Shown here in pieces: positions 8,888-18,788 of a stretch of DNA of 64,000 bases. Origin of the DNA: Promethearchaeota archaeon. Its GTDB lineage: Archaea; Asgardarchaeota; Lokiarchaeia; Sigyniarchaeales; SOKP01. The DNA is taken from NCBI GenBank assembly GCA_019057865.1, contig JAHLWP010000003.1, positions 96,001 to 160,000 of the forward strand, written 5' to 3'. Position 1 is the stretch's first letter. Each line of letters begins with the position of its first letter. The translations under genes were made by a program, and so were the position numbers. The notes under the pieces are model-generated. The model saw only the letters and a program-made list of their open reading frames with translations. It ran no database searches and was not told where the DNA came from.

Positions 8888-11788
8888 TTAAAAGGAAATT
8901 TTATATTTGCGTGCTACATATTTTACAATCTCAAAAGTTATAATACATATTAGCGAAATCAAGAAACAAACCATCCAATCAAGAGCAGTTAAATACATAA
9001 ACATAAAATTAATTCCAGCTCTTGCTAATGCAACCTGCGCATTAGGGATGTACATTAACATAAGAAATACAGAAAATAAGAAGCCAATTATCAGGTACAT
9101 TCGCTTATTGCTATCTTCTTTTAAACTTCTAAAAAGTGATTTGTTTGGACGTCTTATCTGAAACACTAAAAATGACTCACAGAAAAATAAAGTCACCATT
9201 AACATGGTTAAAGTCTTGGCCATTGTTCTAATTTCATCTAGTGTATAATCAGAAAGCAATTCATCTGGAATCAATTCATTTGATGAATAAAGAAATAATT
9301 CACCTAACTCCCAATTTTCAGGAAAAACAGGCCAAGTTTCGCTTATTGTTATAAAATATACTATAACCATGCTTGTTACAAGTAAAATTCCAAATATAAA
9401 GAGTAGTATTAACACATTTTTAGATAGAATTTCTTCTGAATCACGTGGTTCTTCTTTCATAACATCTTCCGAGGTACTATCAAAAGCAAGTATTAATCCA
9501 GGAAACATATGAAGAGTAATTGATAAGAAAATCCATTGAAGGTAAAAAGCCTCATCTAAAAAATATGGTAAGTCTAAAATTATTGCTAAAATAAATTGAA
9601 CGATCCCTTCAAAAATATTAATACAAATATAAAAGAATACAAGTGCTCGAATCCTGGCAAAGATACCTCTACCTTGATGGATACCTGTGACAATCGAGTT
9701 AAATGAATCATCTGAAATCACCATATCGGAAGCTTCTTTAGCTACATCCGTTCCTGTTATACCCATAGCTACACCTGCATCTGCCATATTTAGGGCTAGA
9801 GCATCATTTACCCCATCACCCGTCATAGCAACTACTTTTTTTGCATCCTGATATCTTTCAATAATGTCTTCTTTATGTTCTGGTGATACTCTTGCAAATG
9901 CTTTAATCTTATTAAAATCAAAGAAAGTTTTTACATCTTTTATCTGGTTCCCTTCAAGGACGATTTCACTTTCTTCAATTATGATACCGATTTGTGAAGC
10001 TATAGCTCTTGCTGTTGGTGGTGAATCACCTGTAATCATTACAACATCTACTCCTGCTTCATGACAGAGTGTCACTGATTCTTTTACACCTTCCCTAGGA
10101 GGATCTAATATTGTCACAAATCCAATATAGATCATTTCTGATTCACATTGATCCCTGCTTCCTTCTCCTTCTGGAGGTAATTCCTCTAGCTTCTTATAAG
10201 CTAAGCTTAAAATTCGATATCCTTGATTTGCATAAAGATTTGCTATCTCCATTATTTTAGCTTTTATTTCATCAATAAATTTCACTTCATTGTTATTGTA
10301 TAAAATTGTAGAACATAAAGGGATTAATATCTCACTAGCACCTTTAGTAAATGAGTACAATTTGTCTTCTCTTTTGTAAATCTTCGTCATACGCTTTAAA
10401 GCAGAATCAAAGGGAAATTCTGTGACTGATTCAAAATCATCAAGAAGATAATCACCCATACCTTTTTGAAATAAAACCATTAAGGCTCCTTCTGTTGGAG
10501 ATCCCACCACATTCCAATTATAGACGATTTTCTTAGGAGTTTCAATTTCATTTTTTATGAGGGCAGAATTGTTATTTAAAAATCCAGAAATTAAAAGAAG
10601 TTTTAATTGAGGATAATCATCAATATGGCGTATGTAATCAGGATTTTTCGGATCATCCATTAAAATTATATCCCCATCTGGAGAATAACCACTTCCAGTT
10701 ACTCTATATAACGAACCATTTGTCCAAACATGTTGAATCGCCATTTGATTTTTGGTCAATGTACCAGTTTTATCTGAACACACAACACTAACACGACCTA
10801 AGCTGTCAACCGAAGCCAGATTTCTTATTATAACTCCATGTCTTGCCATTGCTAAAACACCCGTAATTAAAACAATAGTAACTAGTAATGGGATGTTCAA
10901 TGGCATCAAGTCAAGAGCAGAGTTCAAACTTTTAACTACTTCAGGATCTTCAGTAAATCTTGTGGCTGCCCATATGATCATCAATGAAATAAACCAGAAC
11001 ATAAATATGATTAGACCTAACCATTTGCCAAAGTGGTTCAATTTTTGACGAATAGGGATTTCTGACGTTCCAGCTTCCTCCAAACCGTGTGAAATTTTAC
11101 CAATTTCAGTATCTCCACCAGTTTTTACAGTAATTGCTGTACCATTTCCCATTGTTATATATGTCCCGAAAAAAACCATGTTTTTACGGTCACTTATAGG
11201 AATATCATTTTTGCCTAATGCATCTCCTTTCCTTAATTTTTTAACTGGTTCTGATTCACCTGTAAGTGATGCCTCATTAACTTCCAGATTAAAAGATTCT
11301 GCAATTCTAGCATCAGCAGGTATTTTATCTCCTTGGTTTAAGACTAGTAAATCTCCTATCACAATTTCTTTTGTAGGAATATCTTGTTTCTGACTGTCTC
11401 TAATAATAGTTGCGGTAGGAGCAGATAATTCTCTTAATGCTTTTAATTTTTTTGTGGCCCTATATTGCTGAATTATAGCAACCATACAATTAAGAAAAAC
11501 AATACCTAAAGTCAAAGCTATAAAAAGTAGGCTTCCTTCTTCTCCAAAAACACTTGCTAAAAATAATATAAGAGCTCCGATTAAGTAAATTACGATTAAC
11601 CAGTTAAATAGAGGTGCTAAGTATATTTTAATAAATCCTTTTGATACTTTTGGTATTTCATTAGGACCATATTTCTCTAGCCGCTTGTTAGCTTCAGTTG
11701 TTGTTAAACCTTTATTAGGATCAGTCTGAATTTTTTGATAAATTTGTTCTAGCGCAAGATTATAAAAATTTTCTTCTACTTTTTCCAT
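8888..11788 (-). CDS. P-type ATPase on a P2A/SERCA-like scaffold with non-canonical ion-binding site (copy A)
   Basis: LTGES, CSDKTGT, KGA, DPPR, TGD and GDGVND motifs with about 10 TM helices. TM4 reads DLMPLNIP instead of AIPEGLP. Confidence 0.92.
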   Translation of the reverse strand: MEKVEENFYNLALEQIYQKIQTDPNKGLTTTEANKRLEKYGPNEIPKVSKGFIKIYLAPLFNWLIVIYLIGALILFLASVFGEEGSLLFIALTLGIVFLNCMVAIIQQYRATKKLKALRELSAPTATIIRDSQKQDIPTKEIVIGDLLVLNQGDKIPADARIAESFNLEVNEASLTGESEPVKKLRKGDALGKNDIPISDRKNMVFFGTYITMGNGTAITVKTGGDTEIGKISHGLEEAGTSEIPIRQKLNHFGKWLGLIIFMFWFISLMIIWAATRFTEDPEVVKSLNSALDLMPLNIPLLVTIVLITGVLAMARHGVIIRNLASVDSLGRVSVVCSDKTGTLTKNQMAIQHVWTNGSLYRVTGSGYSPDGDIILMDDPKNPDYIRHIDDYPQLKLLLISGFLNNNSALIKNEIETPKKIVYNWNVVGSPTEGALMVLFQKGMGDYLLDDFESVTEFPFDSALKRMTKIYKREDKLYSFTKGASEILIPLCSTILYNNNEVKFIDEIKAKIMEIANLYANQGYRILSLAYKKLEELPPEGEGSRDQCESEMIYIGFVTILDPPREGVKESVTLCHEAGVDVVMITGDSPPTARAIASQIGIIIEESEIVLEGNQIKDVKTFFDFNKIKAFARVSPEHKEDIIERYQDAKKVVAMTGDGVNDALALNMADAGVAMGITGTDVAKEASDMVISDDSFNSIVTGIHQGRGIFARIRALVFFYICINIFEGIVQFILAIILDLPYFLDEAFYLQWIFLSITLHMFPGLILAFDSTSEDVMKEEPRDSEEILSKNVLILLFIFGILLVTSMVIVYFITISETWPVFPENWELGELFLYSSNELIPDELLSDYTLDEIRTMAKTLTMLMVTLFFCESFLVFQIRRPNKSLFRSLKEDSNKRMYLIIGFLFSVFLMLMYIPNAQVALARAGINFMFMYLTALDWMVCFLISLICIITFEIVKYVARKYKISF

Positions 11789-11955
11789 ATTAATTCTGCC
11801 ATACGTTTGAATAAGATTAAAAGAAATTTCTCTAAATTTTTCTTTTTAGATCTAATAAATAGACAATAACAATTATGATTTTTAATTTATTCCTTTTTTT
11901 ATAAAAATCAATTGGAGTATTATTTAAGAATTAATCTTGAGATATATGAATCAAA

Positions 11956-12762
11956 TTAATCGCTAGGTTTTTTTTTCCTTATTCTTTTTAAAATTTTTCC
12001 CCAGTCAACATATACTAATAAGAACATTATTATAATAGTAGTTGCCCAAACTAATGAACTTGTTAAAATATCTAAAGGAGTACTAGGGGGTATATTCCCA
12101 GATTGAGCTGCCTCAAGATCAATTCCAAATAAGTTGAATAAAAAATCACCTAATGGAGTATCTGCATACCAAATGGGAAGGGCACTACATAGAGAGCAGA
12201 GTACAAATTTACCGATAAAAGTATATATTAAAGTTTTAACAAGACTATATTCTACAATTCCTAATACGATTAAAAAAGCATCATCAGGTAGGGGGGTTGC
12301 AGCAAATATAAATATTATTAATGGAGCCCACCCTTTCTCAACATATCCTTTCATCCGTTCAATACTTTCAACATCCCCTATCATTTCTTGTGAACCACGC
12401 CCAATTAGCCATGCTGTAGTTTCTCCTATACCAGCTCCTAATCCTCCAATAAGACCCAATAATAAGGGATTTACTCCAGGGATTACGGCGGAAACTACAA
12501 TCAGGGCGATTACATATGGAACTGGAAAAATAATTGTGAAATTACCAAAAATACTTATAGCAAAGACCCCAATATAGATTCCAACATCTCCAAATTCCTC
12601 ATAAAACCACATAATTGTATCTGCGAGCCATTGACCAAAGTTAATATTAGCAAATGCTAAAACTATAAATAATAATATTATTCCACTGATAAAGAGGAGA
12701 CCCCCATATTTTCTAAGAAAAGATTTTTTCTCTTCTTGAATAATTGGAGATTTTTCAGCCAT
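11956..12762 (-). CDS. VTT/DedA-domain membrane protein (VMP1/TMEM41/Tvp38 superfamily), putative lipid scramblase
   Basis: FPVPY, GGLGAGIGETTAWLIGRG and FAATPLPDD...G...Y...GK motifs resemble the DedA/VMP1 re-entrant helix signatures. Confidence 0.8.
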   Translation of the reverse strand: MAEKSPIIQEEKKSFLRKYGGLLFISGIILLFIVLAFANINFGQWLADTIMWFYEEFGDVGIYIGVFAISIFGNFTIIFPVPYVIALIVVSAVIPGVNPLLLGLIGGLGAGIGETTAWLIGRGSQEMIGDVESIERMKGYVEKGWAPLIIFIFAATPLPDDAFLIVLGIVEYSLVKTLIYTFIGKFVLCSLCSALPIWYADTPLGDFLFNLFGIDLEAAQSGNIPPSTPLDILTSSLVWATTIIIMFLLVYVDWGKILKRIRKKKPSD

Positions 12763-12810
12763 AATATTCTCTTTTTAAATATTAATTATCAATTTAATGA
12801 AATAATTGTA

Positions 12811-15681
12811 TTAAAAATTTATATTCTTATTTCTAGCAAAATATTTCACTACTTCTATTCCAACTATTCCTGGAAGGGCAAATAACACACAAACTAACCA
12901 GTCTAAGCCACTTAAGAACATAAAGTTTATTTGAAAATTAAGGCCACTTACATCATTGATATAATAGTTTACTTGATAAGAAAAACAGATATGAAGAATA
13001 CGAAATCCTAAAGTGAATAAACAGACAATTAAAACAGCTATGCTTAATTCTTCTTTTAAAGTTTTAATAATTGATTTGTTCGGTCTCCTAAAAGACCATA
13101 TAAAGTTAATTTCTGCAATATATAAAGTTGTTATAAACATAGTTCTTGCTTTTTGAGCTAACCATTCTTCTGAATCAAGTGCTAAATAACTTAAATTAGA
13201 ATTTAAATTCCATTCATTTAATGGAATCAATCCATTGATCGTTAATTGAAGAACTAAGACTAAACCTATTCCCATTAGAAATGCTTGAATTAGCAACAGT
13301 TTCCACATATTTTTATTTAAAAGTTCTTCTTCATCTCTGGGTGGATCTTGCATAATATCTTTAGGATATGTATCGATAACTAATGCTAAAGATGGTAGTG
13401 CATGCACAATTCCAAAGATATAAATATGTTGCCATTCAGAACTAAAAAGTTCGAAAAATGGAATAAATTCATAGGTAAAGAAAATAAAAGCTTCCATAAT
13501 ATTTAGACAAATAAAGAAATAAATAATTGTCCGGATTTTAGCAAATAAACCACGTCCAATTTGTATACCCTTAACAATTGACGTAAAATTATCATCAGAA
13601 ATTACCATATCGGAGGCTTCTTTAGCTAAATCAGTTCCAGTTATACCCATTGCTATACCAGCTTGAGCTTTCTTCAATGCTGGTGAATCATTGATTCCAT
13701 CTCCTGTCATTGCTACTATTTTATTTTGTTTTTGGTAATTTTCTACGATTATTTCTTTATCAGTTGGTTCCACCCTCGCGAAAACAGATACTTTGTTGAA
13801 ATCTTCTAAACTTAGTTCTTCGATCTCCCAGCCCTTAATTACTATATCCCCTTCTTTATAAATACTCATTTGGGTAGCTATAGTTTTTGCAGTTGCGGGG
13901 TGATCTCCTGTTACCATAGCTACTTTTATCCTTCCTGATTGACATTGTTCAATTGATTCTTTAACTCCAACTCGAGGTGGATCTAATATGGATAAAAAGC
14001 TTAAGAAAATTAAATCTTTCTCAATAAAATCTCTTTCTTGATAATTATTATTTTGCAATTCTTTATATGCTATAGCTAAGGTTCTATAACCTTCAATTGC
14101 ACGTAATTCTATTTCATGTAAAATCTCATTTTTTAAATCATTATTAAAAGCTTGAATCTTACCATTAAATTCAATTTTGGAGCAGAGAGCAATTAATTTT
14201 TCAGGAGCACCTTTCGAAAAAGCATATAATGTGTTATTACTATGATTAGATTTACAAACTGTAGTCATTCTCTTTAAATCAGAGTCAAATGAAAATTCTT
14301 TTAAAACTTCATATTTCTTTTTAATATCATAGGTGTTATATCCTGCTACTTCAGCCAAAACCAATAAAGAAGCTTCTGTAGGAGACCCTAACGCTTTTCG
14401 AACTGCTACTTCTCTCAAGTTCTTAACTCGCACTTTAACATCCTCATATATTAAATTTGCATTATTATTAAGAACAATCGAATCAATAAACTTTTGAAAA
14501 GTTAAATTATCATTTAAATCAGTTTTAATCTCATCTTTTAAAATTTCCCCTTCAGCGTCATATCCTGAGCCTGTAACATCATATTCTATATTATTTAACC
14601 AAAATTTCTTAACTGTCATCTCATTTTTAGTGATAGTACCTGTTTTATCGGAACAAATTACAGATACGCGACCGAGAGATTCAATAGCAGATAAATTTTT
14701 TATGATTACTCCACTCTGAGCTATTTCAAGTACGCCAGTTATTAAAACTAACGTTGACAATAATGGTAAATTAAATGGTACTACATTAATAGATCTTAAT
14801 ATGGAACTTACTAGTGCTTCACCAATGTTATTTTCATTAAGATCTCTTTGTATAGCTAAAAAAGTGAATTTATATATTATCAATATAAATAAAATAAAAA
14901 TAGCAATAGATCCTAAGATATATCCCAATCTATTTAACTTTCTAGTTAGAGGGATATCTTCAATACTTCCCATTTCATTTAATTGAACTGAAATTTTACC
15001 TATTTCTGTATTAACACCAGCTCCTGTTACTAATGCTTTACATCTACCTGTATTAGCATACGTTCCCATAAAAACCATATTAATTTGTTCTTGGACAGGT
15101 AAATCTTTTTTTTGTAAGAAAGAGTTGATTTTTTCAACAGGCTCTGATTCTCCGGAGAGACTAGCTTCATTAACAGTAAAATTCATGAGTTCAACTATTC
15201 TCGCATCAGCAGGAACTTTATCACCTTGCTCTAATAAAATAATATCGCCAGGAACTAGTTCTCTGGTAGGAATTTCGAATTGCTTACCATCTCTTAGAAC
15301 CGTCGCCTTTAAAGCAGCAATTTTTTTTAAAGATTCTAATGCTTTCTGTGCTCTAAATTGCTGTATTACAATTGTTATAGAGTTGATAAAAACAACAATG
15401 AAAATTATTGAAGCAGAACCAGGAGATCCCAGAATAGAAATAAAAATTCCAGAAATTATTAAAATAACAATTAAGAAATTAAAAATTGGAGATAAATATA
15501 TTTTCCATAATGATTTTTTTATTTTTGGAAGTTCATTATATCCAAATTTAAAGTATCTCTCTTTTAATTCTATAGAATTTAAACCATAGTCAAGGTTTGT
15601 ATTAAATTTACTAATTAAATCCTTAATAGATTGATAATAATATTTTTTATCAGAAGAATTAGTAAATTTATCTTGGGACAT
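12811..15681 (-). CDS. P-type ATPase on a P2A/SERCA-like scaffold with non-canonical ion-binding site (copy B)
   Basis: LSGES, CSDKTGT, KGAPE, DPPR, TGD and GDGIND motifs. TM4 reads NVVPFNLP. Paralog of 8888..11788. Confidence 0.92.
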   Translation of the reverse strand: MSQDKFTNSSDKKYYYQSIKDLISKFNTNLDYGLNSIELKERYFKFGYNELPKIKKSLWKIYLSPIFNFLIVILIISGIFISILGSPGSASIIFIVVFINSITIVIQQFRAQKALESLKKIAALKATVLRDGKQFEIPTRELVPGDIILLEQGDKVPADARIVELMNFTVNEASLSGESEPVEKINSFLQKKDLPVQEQINMVFMGTYANTGRCKALVTGAGVNTEIGKISVQLNEMGSIEDIPLTRKLNRLGYILGSIAIFILFILIIYKFTFLAIQRDLNENNIGEALVSSILRSINVVPFNLPLLSTLVLITGVLEIAQSGVIIKNLSAIESLGRVSVICSDKTGTITKNEMTVKKFWLNNIEYDVTGSGYDAEGEILKDEIKTDLNDNLTFQKFIDSIVLNNNANLIYEDVKVRVKNLREVAVRKALGSPTEASLLVLAEVAGYNTYDIKKKYEVLKEFSFDSDLKRMTTVCKSNHSNNTLYAFSKGAPEKLIALCSKIEFNGKIQAFNNDLKNEILHEIELRAIEGYRTLAIAYKELQNNNYQERDFIEKDLIFLSFLSILDPPRVGVKESIEQCQSGRIKVAMVTGDHPATAKTIATQMSIYKEGDIVIKGWEIEELSLEDFNKVSVFARVEPTDKEIIVENYQKQNKIVAMTGDGINDSPALKKAQAGIAMGITGTDLAKEASDMVISDDNFTSIVKGIQIGRGLFAKIRTIIYFFICLNIMEAFIFFTYEFIPFFELFSSEWQHIYIFGIVHALPSLALVIDTYPKDIMQDPPRDEEELLNKNMWKLLLIQAFLMGIGLVLVLQLTINGLIPLNEWNLNSNLSYLALDSEEWLAQKARTMFITTLYIAEINFIWSFRRPNKSIIKTLKEELSIAVLIVCLFTLGFRILHICFSYQVNYYINDVSGLNFQINFMFLSGLDWLVCVLFALPGIVGIEVVKYFARNKNINF

Positions 15682-15817
15682 AAGGAATTTAATCAGATTA
15701 TTTAGGTTAAAATAATAATTATTCTAAGAGTGTATTTTTTTTAATAATTTATTATTTTAGAGTTATTTAATTTCTTAAAAATAAAGAGTTATGAAATTTA
15801 AGGTAATTATTCTAGTG

Positions 15818-16774
15818 TTATTTTCGAGGATCTCCTAAAATATCTACTAAAAGATGATATTTTTTTCTTATCGTTGTACTCGAAAATTTGGTTGTTTCTT
15901 CAATAAGACTTTGAGTAAAAATTTTCCGTTCTTTATCTAAAGTTTGACCAATATAATAAATCAATCCTGCAGTGAAGGCTTTATAATTTAAATTTTTTAA
16001 ATGATCATAAGAGATATTTATGAGATACTCATCTACCATTAGCATCATGTCTAGTTTTAATTTATTAAACTGTTCTTCTGTTTTGATTTGATCAGAAACT
16101 TTCTCAAAGGCAATTACATTTAAACCTTTTTGAAATACAATTTTTATTTTGTTTTTAATGTCTTTTTCGATATCTGAAACGTTCTTATACTTTTTATTTA
16201 ACATTTTCTCAGTTCGCTTCACTTTTAGCATAGCATTATTCAGCATTTTCTTATTTACCTTATGACCTAACTCCCTTGAAGCTTTAATAAATGATTCAAT
16301 TCGAATATTAGTTGTATCTTTAATTTCCATCCAAACAATAGCTAAAAAAATAATTACCATATTCTGATATGTATGTCTATGATATTTATTGTATTTCAGA
16401 TACCTATCCTTAACAGTTTGGTATTTAATTGAATCTATATTCAATCCAATTCCATAACTCTTAAGAAGATCAATTGTTTTTTTTTGTTCAGTAAAATCAG
16501 ATTCATAATCACGAAACCATTTCTCAAGTGTTTTTATTCGTTCATATTTTTCTTTGATGATGGGATCTTGGAGTGCCTTGGAATCACTAATTCTAATTCT
16601 CCTTTCATAATCTCTCTGTGAATCAGAATCACTAACATATAGATTATCTTCGAATATTACATTTTCATCTAAGATTAGACCACAATCTTGGCAAACATAA
16701 AATCCTGCATCTTTCTTAATGTTTTTATGTTGACAACTTGAGATTTCCGGATTATTTTCTTTCCTATTTTTCAA
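15818..16774 (-). CDS. Divergent TFB/TFIIB-like protein (Zn ribbon plus cyclin-fold repeats)
   Basis: N-terminal CQH...VCQDCGLIL zinc ribbon. C-terminal AGLIYYI...TQSLI..TTKFSSTTIRKKY matches the second TFB repeat and HTH. Confidence 0.7.
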   Translation of the reverse strand: MKNRKENNPEISSCQHKNIKKDAGFYVCQDCGLILDENVIFEDNLYVSDSDSQRDYERRIRISDSKALQDPIIKEKYERIKTLEKWFRDYESDFTEQKKTIDLLKSYGIGLNIDSIKYQTVKDRYLKYNKYHRHTYQNMVIIFLAIVWMEIKDTTNIRIESFIKASRELGHKVNKKMLNNAMLKVKRTEKMLNKKYKNVSDIEKDIKNKIKIVFQKGLNVIAFEKVSDQIKTEEQFNKLKLDMMLMVDEYLINISYDHLKNLNYKAFTAGLIYYIGQTLDKERKIFTQSLIEETTKFSSTTIRKKYHLLVDILGDPRK

Positions 16775-16933
16775 AAAAAACTCAATTAATGAATTTAATT
16801 AGTTTTAAATAGATTTTCTTTAAAAATAATAATATATAAAAATTTTTATAAACTTCAAAAACAATAATAAGTAAAAATATAATGAAATAAAAAATTTTTC
16901 TTACTTTTTTAAAAATTGAAGGTGAATTAAAAA

Positions 16934-17497
16934 ATGGAATACAAAGCTGTTGTAAAAGCTATTGAAATTATTAGTGCTTATTTAATTATTCTTTCAATAA
17001 TGGAACTTGTTTTTATTGTTTCATTACTTTTTACAGAAGTTAATGTTGTTCCAGAGATTCTCCTTTTACATGAATTAATCTTCTCTTCAGATTTTATATC
17101 AATTTCTGGATCGTTATTATGGGTATTTTTAATAATTTGTATGGTGTTTTTCCTAATTCTAGGAATTCATATGCTTAGATTTGCACTAAATAATAAGATT
17201 GAAAGTAAACCATTAGCAAAATATCTAGTAGTGCTGGGTATGGTAATGTTATTAGGGGCATTTGTTAAAATGGATTATCTAGTTTTGTTGGGAAAAACAA
17301 ATGTAGACACAGTTTTAGGTTCTATACCATTTCAAACTGCTCTTTATGATTCTACTATTACTCCTTTTATAGCTGGTGTTTTTTGGGTATTTTTTATATC
17401 CGTCATATGTTGTTTCTTAATTACAGGTGTAATAGTAACTACTGCTGGAATAAAATGGACATCATTAATTGAAAGAGAAAAACATTCAAATTCGTAA
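16934..17497 (+). CDS. Hypothetical membrane protein (about 4 TM)
   Basis: Four hydrophobic segments; GGTGA Shine-Dalgarno upstream. Confidence 0.7.
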   Translation: MEYKAVVKAIEIISAYLIILSIMELVFIVSLLFTEVNVVPEILLLHELIFSSDFISISGSLLWVFLIICMVFFLILGIHMLRFALNNKIESKPLAKYLVVLGMVMLLGAFVKMDYLVLLGKTNVDTVLGSIPFQTALYDSTITPFIAGVFWVFFISVICCFLITGVIVTTAGIKWTSLIEREKHSNS

Positions 17498-17569
17498 AAT
17501 AATTATAAATTAGAAAAAAATATTTATTCAAAGTAAATTAAATAAATGGCTCAGAATTATAATATCTAT

Positions 17570-18496
17570 TCAGATTAGCTTATTTTTTATTTGTTTCGCA
17601 CGGGAGCGCAACGTTACTTCGGTAATTTTTGCAATGTCCGCTACAAGAGATTGGGTTTTTCTAATCAAACCATCCTTTGCTGCGATATAGATACAAGCTG
17701 CTGCTAAACCTTTAGGATCCTTACCAGTTCTTTTTAATCCATTTCTAGAAGCCATTCTTAACATATTGATAGCTTTTTTTTGAATCTTTATAGGTAGTTC
17801 TAATTCGTTTCCAAATCGAAATACTAAACTTTCAGCAGTAATTGGCTGATATCTTAGCTTTAGCTCCGGTAAAACTTCACGAATTATCATTGCCAGACTT
17901 CTATGAACCGTTCTTCTTGGTGTTAATGACGCCTCACATACCTCATCTAGTAATCGTGGAAAATCATGCACTCTAATTGCCGCATATAAAGACCCTGCAA
18001 TAAATCCATTAATTGATCTTCCCATAGTTAATTTCTTTCTCGCTACAATACTATATATCTTCCATGCTGTTTCTGCGATATATTCAGGTATGTTAAGCTT
18101 TGAAGTAAGCATTTTTAATTTAGGTTTAGCTTCCCAAAAATTTCTTTCAATACTACTTATGAGTGAATTTTGGATTTTTGATAAACGAGAAAAAAGAGCT
18201 TGTTCTTTTGGTCCTATTGATTTACCTTTCGAATCTGTCTTAGTAGTAGGTAACATTGTCCTTGGACCAAAATCTCTCCATCTAGGCTCAGTTCTACGTC
18301 GATTTTGTATTTCTTCGATAGTATATGCTCTCCTTTCGTTCCCAACAAATGTTCTTTCAAAAATAATTCCGCAATTTAAGCAAACTTTATTTCCATCTCG
18401 GGCTTCAATGCTCGGATTATCACAACATTGAATCTGAGGTAAATTATCTTGATCAATATTTTTATTTCTTATTAAATGACGATAATTGGTATTCAT
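17570..18496 (-). CDS. tfb: Transcription initiation factor IIB (TFB)
   Basis: CC...VCLNCG zinc ribbon, ERN, GRS...AGSLYAAIR...PRLLDEV, GKDPKGLAAACIYIA and TQ..VA..A.ITEVTLR motifs. Confidence 0.92.
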   Translation of the reverse strand: MNTNYRHLIRNKNIDQDNLPQIQCCDNPSIEARDGNKVCLNCGIIFERTFVGNERRAYTIEEIQNRRRTEPRWRDFGPRTMLPTTKTDSKGKSIGPKEQALFSRLSKIQNSLISSIERNFWEAKPKLKMLTSKLNIPEYIAETAWKIYSIVARKKLTMGRSINGFIAGSLYAAIRVHDFPRLLDEVCEASLTPRRTVHRSLAMIIREVLPELKLRYQPITAESLVFRFGNELELPIKIQKKAINMLRMASRNGLKRTGKDPKGLAAACIYIAAKDGLIRKTQSLVADIAKITEVTLRSRAKQIKNKLI

Positions 18497-18788
18497 TTTA
18501 ATTCCTGGAGCATATTATATGGGTAATATTAGCTTTTCAAAATTTTATATTACAAAAATAGACCTTATTATACATTTAATAGAATATATTATTCCAGTTA
18601 CACTTTTAAATCTTTGCTTCAAATCTTTGCTTTTTAGTTTTTTTTTTATTTACCTTAAAAGAGAAAATCCTTGGAGCAATAATATTTTTCAAATTTAAAG
18701 CACATTTTTGTTATTTTGTTTAATATCTACAAAAAAAGCAGATGTAATAAGTAAAAAATAAATTGAATTCAATAATTATTGTTTTATT

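Noticed and set aside
8888-15681. Annotating the two pumps as ordinary Ca2+-ATPases, or as true P4 flippases
   Set aside because: Site II Ca2+ ligands are missing, and the P4 hallmarks (DGET, PISL, CDC50 partner) are also absent
18486-18698. 70-aa ORF between tfb and aor (similarly 8762..8953 and 51396..51680)
   Set aside because: Low-complexity AT-rich intergenic sequence overlapping gene ends or promoters
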